Part shown: positions 58,694 through 64,000 of the stretch, in pieces
Numbering within the stretch: the first letter of the stretch is position 1
Layout of the letters: the number at the start of each line of letters is the position of its first letter
From: an uncultured virus (IMG/VR IMGVR_UViG_3300045253_000007)
Taxonomy: Duplodnaviria; Heunggongvirae; Uroviricota; Caudoviricetes
DNA: 64,000 bases
IMG/VR virus record: IMGVR_UViG_3300045253_000007
Reading direction: 5' to 3' (one strand)
Position numbers and translations under genes: made by a program
The notes under the pieces: model-generated
Told to the model about the DNA's origin: nothing
What the model saw: only the letters and a program-made list of their open reading frames with translations
Databases searched by the model: none

Positions 58694-58814
58694 TGTCACT
58701 TGGTGCTCATTTTGTAGTAAGCGACCAAGCGACGGTATAGTAACTGTCGAAGACCGCGACGGACAGGTAATAGATTTAGCAGCCTGTACGTCTTGTTACA
58801 GAGCATTACTTTAA
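58683..58814 (+). CDS. 43-aa zinc-ribbon protein (not in ORF track)
   Basis: TTG start after GGAG; WCSFC...CTSCY. Confidence 0.55.
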   Translation: MLTNVTWCSFCSKRPSDGIVTVEDRDGQVIDLAACTSCYRALL

Positions 58815-58887
58815 GGGCTTTTAGTGTTAACGGGAGCACGCTTGTTTTGCAATCAAGTAGAGTCGGGTTCGAATCCCACATTGTCCA
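58815..58887 (+). tRNA. trnA: tRNA-Ala(TGC), mismatched acceptor stem
   Basis: Loop TTTGCAA; G3:U70 pair; two T-T mismatches. Confidence 0.75.
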
Positions 58888-58943
58888 CATGACTAGAAAG
58901 GATACATATTATGACTTATAGGTAAATAACTATAGGAGGTAAT

Positions 58944-59261
58944 ATGTCAGACTGGAAATATCGCGGCATCGTCAGGAGAGACTTCCGTAACGGCGGTGTT
59001 GAGATTGAAGATTTTGAAGACCCGCGCATTCAGAAGCCTACCGGTGGCTACAAGAGTCAGCGTAAGGCTTGCAAGAAATCCAAGGACGGATTGCAGTGCG
59101 AGTTTTCTGAAAAGAAGGTCATTGGAACACGATGGACCATTGACAGTGAGGCTGGAACGAGAGTTCCAAGCCTTCACATAATTGCTGTATGTCGCAGATG
59201 CGGAAAGTACAGTTGGGCTGGTAGATGGAGTTCTTACATCTACACAACCCTACAATTTTAA
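58944..59261 (+). CDS. hypothetical Cys-containing basic protein
   Basis: SD AGGAGG; CRRCGK. Confidence 0.7.
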   Translation: MSDWKYRGIVRRDFRNGGVEIEDFEDPRIQKPTGGYKSQRKACKKSKDGLQCEFSEKKVIGTRWTIDSEAGTRVPSLHIIAVCRRCGKYSWAGRWSSYIYTTLQF

Positions 59262-59295
59262 CTAAGACGGAACTGGCCGGTAAACCCAGAAACAT

Positions 59296-59472
59296 TTGAG
59301 AAATTACTGTAGCAAATGCAAGGCACGTATCAAAGGTCACCTATGGATTGTCGGCAACGACGTTTACTGTGGCGCGTCTTGCCAGAGAAACGGTAAGTCA
59401 CAATTTGAAAAGACTCGCTCTGCTTTGAATAAGATGTTCAAAGAATACAGAGCGCCGACGCCTCAGGCGTAA
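59296..59472 (+). CDS. 58-aa zinc-finger protein (not in ORF track)
   Basis: YCSKC...YCGASC. Confidence 0.55.
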   Translation: MRNYCSKCKARIKGHLWIVGNDVYCGASCQRNGKSQFEKTRSALNKMFKEYRAPTPQA

Positions 59473-59517
59473 TCTAGTGGCCGGTACATATCTCACGACT
59501 GTACCGGCTGCCACCAT

Positions 59518-59590
59518 GCCTTCGTAACTCAGGGGACAGAGTGAGAAGTTTCTACCTTCTTGGCCGCAGGTTCGAATCCTGCCGGGGGCA
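59518..59590 (+). tRNA. trnR: tRNA-Arg(TCT)
   Basis: Cloverleaf; loop TTTCTAC. Confidence 0.9.
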
Positions 59591-59591
59591 C

Positions 59592-59620
59592 TTGCATTGT
59601 CGTTGACAGTGTGGTAGTAT
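59592..59620 (+). promoter_or_regulatory. promoter of the NAD/ligase operon
   Basis: TTGCAT-17-TAGTAT with TG extension. Confidence 0.65.
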
Positions 59621-59694
59621 GGTAGTTGTAACAAGGTGAGTTAACAACAAGCGTTCAGACAATCGGCTTGGCTCATTTATTTGGAAGGAAAACA

Positions 59695-60513
59695 ATGTCT
59701 ATTACATTTTTAGGCACAGATTTTTCTGTGCCTATTTCTATGCAAGAACTGTATTCTGATAATACACCTAGAATCAAGATGGAAAATTTTGAGACGGTGT
59801 GTCAGAAGGCAGATACCGTCGTGGTTAAGCAAGGCTCTCTAGCAGAGTTTGTTAACGCGATGTTCTTGGTTGATTCTATTGCCTTAAAGGGCGGTAAGAT
59901 TAGGAAGTTGATTCTTCCTTTCCTACCGGGTGCCCGACAGGATAGAGTTAATATAGACGGTGATGTTCTATTCACCGCTTCCTCAGTGGCGCAAATGATT
60001 AACTTGCGCGGCTTTGAGCAGGTCATTTCTGTTGACCCCCACTCCCGAGTAATGCCGGGATTCATCTACAACTTTGTCGAGTTTCCTCTCGCCAAGGTTT
60101 ACGAGAAGTTGCCCAAGTCTTATGACGGAGTTATCGCTCCTGACAAGGGTGCTAAGGCTCGTGCCCGAACCGCTGCTCGTGTTCTGAATAAAACAGTCAC
60201 GTACGCAGACAAGGTGCGCGACCCAGCGACCGGTAGTCTATCAGGCTTTGCTGTCAACGTTGATGAAGACAAGCACTATATTGTCATTGATGATATAGCA
60301 GACGGTGGAGGCACGTTCCTTGGACTAGGAGAAAAGATTGCTGAACAAGGTGCCACGGCTGACCTTTACGTCACGCACGCTATCTTCTCAAAGGGAACAG
60401 ACGACTTGAAAAAGATTTACAAGAACATCTACACAACAAATTCAATTAATAATGGACAGCGACCACTGGACGTAATCCGTCTGGACGTTGTGACAGAAAT
60501 GGAGAAATACTAA
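59695..60513 (+). CDS. PRPP-synthetase-like pyrophosphokinase (Adps-like)
   Basis: PFLPGARQDR, DPHS, APDKGA, IDDIADGGGTF, VTH. Confidence 0.88.
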   Translation: MSITFLGTDFSVPISMQELYSDNTPRIKMENFETVCQKADTVVVKQGSLAEFVNAMFLVDSIALKGGKIRKLILPFLPGARQDRVNIDGDVLFTASSVAQMINLRGFEQVISVDPHSRVMPGFIYNFVEFPLAKVYEKLPKSYDGVIAPDKGAKARARTAARVLNKTVTYADKVRDPATGSLSGFAVNVDEDKHYIVIDDIADGGGTFLGLGEKIAEQGATADLYVTHAIFSKGTDDLKKIYKNIYTTNSINNGQRPLDVIRLDVVTEMEKY

Positions 60514-62027
60514 TGTTTACGCTTAACCCGATTTTTCAGACGGACGGATACAAGTTGGACCACCGCCGTCAGTACCCGAAGGGTACACAGTACGTTTACT
60601 CAAACTGGACCGCTCGCGGTAGCCGAGTTCCCGGTATCAACAAGGTCACGTTCTTCGGCCTACAGTATGCGCTAAAGAAGTTGAACGATGAGTTTAAGGC
60701 TAACTTCTTCGCACGCGATGTAGACGAGGTTTGCAATGAGTATCAGGCAATGCTTGATTCTTTTCTAGGGCCGAACGATATCGGCACCGACCACATCAGG
60801 GCTTTGCATACTCTTGGCTACTTGCCTCTAGAGGTTAAGGCACTTCCCGAGGGTACCCGCGTTCCTCTCCGCGTTCCGATGCTTACCATCGAAAACACGC
60901 ACCCGGAGTTCTTCTGGCTTACCAATTACTTTGAGACAATCTTGTCTGCTGAGTTGTGGATGCCGATGACGAGCGCAACCGTTGCTTCTCACATTAGGCA
61001 AGACCTAAACGAGTGGGCATTGAAGACGACCGGTAGCACCGAGGGCGTTGGTTTCAGCGGCCACGATTTCAGCATGCGAGGCATGGCCGGTGCTGAGGCT
61101 GCTATCGCTAGTGCCATGGGTCACCTTGTTGCCTTCACTGGCACCGAGACGGTTCCTGTTCTACAGGCTATTCCGTATTACTACCCCAACACAGGGTTCT
61201 TGGCCGGTACAGTTCCAGCAACAGAGCACAGCGTTATGTGTGCAGGCGGTAAGGAAGACGAGACGGAGACATTCCAGCGTTTGCTAGATTTGTACCCGAC
61301 TCAGATTCTAAGTGTCGTTTCTGACACATGGGATTTCTGGAATGTTCTTACCAACATTCTTCCTAGCCTAAAGGACCAGATTCTTGCTCGCGGTGCAAAC
61401 GGCGGTAAGTTGGTTGTACGTCCCGACAGCGGTGACCCTGCTGACATTATCTGTGGTACTAATGCTCAGGCAACTGATAATAACGGATGGGATTCTGTCG
61501 AAAAGGGTGCTATTCAGGTTCTCTGGGATGAATTCGGCGGTACCATCAACGAGCAGGGCTACAAGGTTCTTAACCCAGCCGTAGGACTCATCTACGGTGA
61601 CGCCATGAACCGTGGACGCATCAACAATATTAACGAGCGTCTTGCAGCCAAGGGCTTCGCCAGCACAAACTGGGTCGCCGGTATTGGTAGTTTCAATTAC
61701 CAATACCAGACTCGTGACACGTTCGGCTTTGCTATGAAGGCAACCAACGTTGTTATCGAAGATGAAGAAAAGGCTATCTTCAAGGACCCGAAGACAGACA
61801 ATGGTTTGAAGAAGTCCCTAAAGGGTCGTATCGGAGTCTTCACGCTAAAGAACGATGAGGACAACAGTCTTGTCAAGGGCAGCAAGGGCGACCTAGTTGC
61901 ATTTGATGAACTCCGTAAGGATAGTAGCGCTTATGAAAATAGTCTGCTAGAGCCTGTGTTTAGGGATGGTGTCTTCATCAAGGAATGGACCTTTGATGAG
62001 GTTCGTGCAAACAGCGGACTCGTTTAA
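60513..62027 (+). CDS. nicotinamide phosphoribosyltransferase-like protein (Namat-like)
   Basis: TDGYKLDH, HDFSMRG, PATEHSVM, SVVSDTWD, VRPDSGDP, KDPKTD. Confidence 0.92.
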   Translation: MFTLNPIFQTDGYKLDHRRQYPKGTQYVYSNWTARGSRVPGINKVTFFGLQYALKKLNDEFKANFFARDVDEVCNEYQAMLDSFLGPNDIGTDHIRALHTLGYLPLEVKALPEGTRVPLRVPMLTIENTHPEFFWLTNYFETILSAELWMPMTSATVASHIRQDLNEWALKTTGSTEGVGFSGHDFSMRGMAGAEAAIASAMGHLVAFTGTETVPVLQAIPYYYPNTGFLAGTVPATEHSVMCAGGKEDETETFQRLLDLYPTQILSVVSDTWDFWNVLTNILPSLKDQILARGANGGKLVVRPDSGDPADIICGTNAQATDNNGWDSVEKGAIQVLWDEFGGTINEQGYKVLNPAVGLIYGDAMNRGRINNINERLAAKGFASTNWVAGIGSFNYQYQTRDTFGFAMKATNVVIEDEEKAIFKDPKTDNGLKKSLKGRIGVFTLKNDEDNSLVKGSKGDLVAFDELRKDSSAYENSLLEPVFRDGVFIKEWTFDEVRANSGLV

Positions 62028-62959
62028 TGTACGAACCCATGTTGGCTCGCTCAGCCGAAGAGTCTGACCTTTCCACAAAGGACTGGACCGGCTGGTCGCT
62101 TGAACCCAAGCACGACGGCATGCGAGCAATCATTGAAATTACCGATGCGGGAGTTGAAATATACTCCCGCACCGGTAAGTCACAAAAGGGTAAATGCCCT
62201 CACCTAGAACACGCACTGTCCTTTCTGCCTCACGGTACCGTGCTAGACGGCGAGATTGCCATGGTAGTTAATAGTATAACTGTCAATGGTCAAGATGTAC
62301 CGGTGGTAGATTTTAATAAGACCATGCGCGTTATGGGCAGTGGTGTAGAAAAGGCAGTATTGCGCCAGCAGGAGTTGGGCGAGGTATCATTCCTTGTATT
62401 CGACATCATGCAATACTGTGGTGAAGATGTTACCACGTATTCTCAGAAGTACCGCAACGAGTTGGTTGACATGCTGGACGCAAACTACATGGTTCACAAC
62501 CCAAAGTACGAGACTGATTTTGCTGAGGTTTATGCAGAACTTATTGCGAATGGTGTCGAGGGCGCTATTCTCAAAAACCTTAACGCAATGCAATACGTCG
62601 CCGGTAGGTCCAAGAATTGGCTAAAGGTCAAGTCTGCTAAGACCTTTGATGTAGTAGTCATGGGGTATACACCCGGTCAAGGTAAGTACGAAGGTAACCT
62701 AGGTGCTATCGAATTTGGTGCTTATCTTCCAAATGGTGTTTTGAAATATGTTGGTCGTTGTTCGGGCATGACCGATGAGGAACGTGGCTACTGGTTTAAG
62801 AAACTGTCTACCGGCGTTCATCCACATGGTGTCATCGAAGTTAAGGCTAATGAGATGGTTGGTTCTGGTGAGTATCGAACGCCTAGGCATCCTCAGTACG
62901 TAACTAAGCGCATAGACAAGAACCCAGAAGACTGTAAAATGGACCAGTTCAAGGCTTGA
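62027..62959 (+). CDS. ATP-dependent DNA ligase
   Basis: EPKHDGMR, LDGE, FDI, EGAILK, WLKVK, RHP. Confidence 0.92.
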   Translation: MYEPMLARSAEESDLSTKDWTGWSLEPKHDGMRAIIEITDAGVEIYSRTGKSQKGKCPHLEHALSFLPHGTVLDGEIAMVVNSITVNGQDVPVVDFNKTMRVMGSGVEKAVLRQQELGEVSFLVFDIMQYCGEDVTTYSQKYRNELVDMLDANYMVHNPKYETDFAEVYAELIANGVEGAILKNLNAMQYVAGRSKNWLKVKSAKTFDVVVMGYTPGQGKYEGNLGAIEFGAYLPNGVLKYVGRCSGMTDEERGYWFKKLSTGVHPHGVIEVKANEMVGSGEYRTPRHPQYVTKRIDKNPEDCKMDQFKA

Positions 62960-62984
62960 CAAGCACTGTCCGATATGTTAGGGT
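62956..62984 (+). promoter_or_regulatory. sigma70-type promoter
   Basis: TTGACA-17-TAGGGT. Confidence 0.65.
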
Positions 62985-63012
62985 TGTGCTTCACACCAAC
63001 GAAAGGCATCAC

Positions 63013-63666
63013 ATGCGAAAGATTTTAAGCGCGGCGGTAGCGGTTCTTGTCATCCTTGGAGGATTCATCCTTGTTGCCCAGCACGCTCAGGCAAACAACA
63101 AACTAGCGGTATGCCACCCAGTAAACGGTAAGGGCGAACTAGGTAATGGTTGGGATTTGATTAGTCCTGATAAGGCATCGTCTCACATCAATGAGGCTTT
63201 GTACCCCAATGGTCATTACTGGAAGCACGAAGCCAAGGATGGACGCCATGACGAATATGCGGTTAACGGTAAGTGTGGCATGTTGCCCACGCCGACTCCT
63301 GACCCGATTCCCAGTATTAGGCCCAGTCCGTCTGTGACCCCAACGGTTACGCCTACACCAACAACGCCGGTAGACGTTATGGTAACCCCACAGTACCTAC
63401 ATCATGTTACGTGTATTCCAAAGTATAGTGATAACATGACAATTGTTCCCAACGTTGGATACACTGGCACCGTAAAGGACAATGGTGACTATGATGTCCT
63501 CACCTTTGTAGCCAAGCCGGGGTACATTTTGGATAATAACAGTAAGACCGAAGTCATCACTGTTAGGAAGATTGTACCTAGGTGCATCGCACCCAAGCCT
63601 ACAGTCAAGCATACGCCTATTAAGGTTAACTCTACACCGACAGCGCTACCCAATACGGGAGCCTGA
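63013..63666 (+). CDS. secreted Pro/Thr-rich protein ending in LPNTGA
   Basis: Signal peptide MRKILSAAV...AQA, PT linker, terminal LPxTG; SD GAAAGG. Confidence 0.75.
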   Translation: MRKILSAAVAVLVILGGFILVAQHAQANNKLAVCHPVNGKGELGNGWDLISPDKASSHINEALYPNGHYWKHEAKDGRHDEYAVNGKCGMLPTPTPDPIPSIRPSPSVTPTVTPTPTTPVDVMVTPQYLHHVTCIPKYSDNMTIVPNVGYTGTVKDNGDYDVLTFVAKPGYILDNNSKTEVITVRKIVPRCIAPKPTVKHTPIKVNSTPTALPNTGA

Positions 63667-63672
63667 AAGAAT

Positions 63673-63713
63673 CTACCGGCTGGGTTGACAAGACCCAGCC
63701 GGTAGTGTAGAGT
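63673..63713 (+). promoter_or_regulatory. promoter overlapped by a 13-bp inverted repeat
   Basis: CTACCGGCTGGGT-TGACAAG-ACCCAGCCGGTAG; TTGACA-17-TAGAGT. Confidence 0.8.
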
Positions 63714-63720
63714 TCTTCTT

Positions 63721-63900
63721 ATGGCCCAAGACTACTTCAAGTGTACTAGGTGCGGACGTATCAGGTCCGCAAAGTACATAACCAAGCACAAGGTTCGCGG
63801 GGTATGGAAAGACAGATGTATTGCTAAAAGTACCTGTGCTTCCATAGCAAAGAGAAATCGCAAGAAGAAACTTGACACAGCCTCACAACCTGTGGTATGA
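63721..63900 (+). CDS. 59-aa basic Cys-containing protein (not in ORF track)
   Basis: FKCTRCGR...C...C; leaderless. Confidence 0.6.
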   Translation: MAQDYFKCTRCGRIRSAKYITKHKVRGVWKDRCIAKSTCASIAKRNRKKKLDTASQPVV

Positions 63901-63901
63901 T
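63872..63901 (+). promoter_or_regulatory. promoter of tRNA-His
   Basis: TTGACA-18-TATGAT. Confidence 0.75.
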
Positions 63902-63919
63902 ATCTAAGTAACAAATCAT

Positions 63920-63996
63920 GGTGGCCGTGGCGAAACGGTTAACGCGCTAGACTGTGAATCTAGTCAATGAGGGTTCGAATCCCTTCGGTCACCCCA
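63920..63996 (+). tRNA. trnH: tRNA-His(GTG), G-1 and CCA encoded
   Basis: Cloverleaf; loop CTGTGAA. Confidence 0.93.
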
Positions 63997-64000
63997 TGCT

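Noticed and set aside
58695..58800. Two hairpins suggesting an ncRNA before tRNA-Ala
   Set aside because: Better explained by a 43-aa CxxC...CxxC ORF (58683-58814) that exactly fills the gap
2187..63914. All minus-strand and nested alternative-frame ORFs in the track
   Set aside because: They shadow well-supported + strand genes or tRNAs and show no recognisable motifs or RBS; antisense openness is expected from the codon bias
1..64000. Reverse transcriptase/DGR, integrase or transposase
   Set aside because: No RT, recombinase or transposase motifs and no TR/VR repeat pair noticed

Overview
This window is 64 kb of a large tailed (siphovirus-type) phage genome, with essentially all real genes on the + strand. 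Its architecture resembles the large tRNA-rich actinobacteriophages (Streptomyces BE/BK-like); this is an inference from gene content and order, not a database hit. Gene order: capsid and tail morphogenesis (1-28 kb, including a -1 frameshifted tail chaperone and a tape measure protein with an M23 peptidase), then holin and replication/recombination genes (DnaB, DnaG, SSB, DnaE, RecA, Cas4-like, RuvC-like), a four-enzyme glycosylation cluster, nucleotide enzymes, terminase, two tRNA clusters flanking a vWA + nucleotidyltransferase island, a PRS-like/NAMPT-like (NARP1-type) pair and DNA ligase. Main observations: (i) non-canonical tRNA-like RNAs (one with a GNRA tetraloop in place of the anticodon loop, one D-armless Arg(ACG), one Glu-type body with a 6-nt loop) plus a T-loop hairpin RNA, around the vWA/NTase genes; (ii) a heptamer SCGGTAG about 10-fold over-represented and embedded in promoter hairpins; (iii) apparent absence of GATC, AGCT and CCWGG; (iv) many leaderless genes. 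All counts and RNA folds were done by hand; no searches were run.
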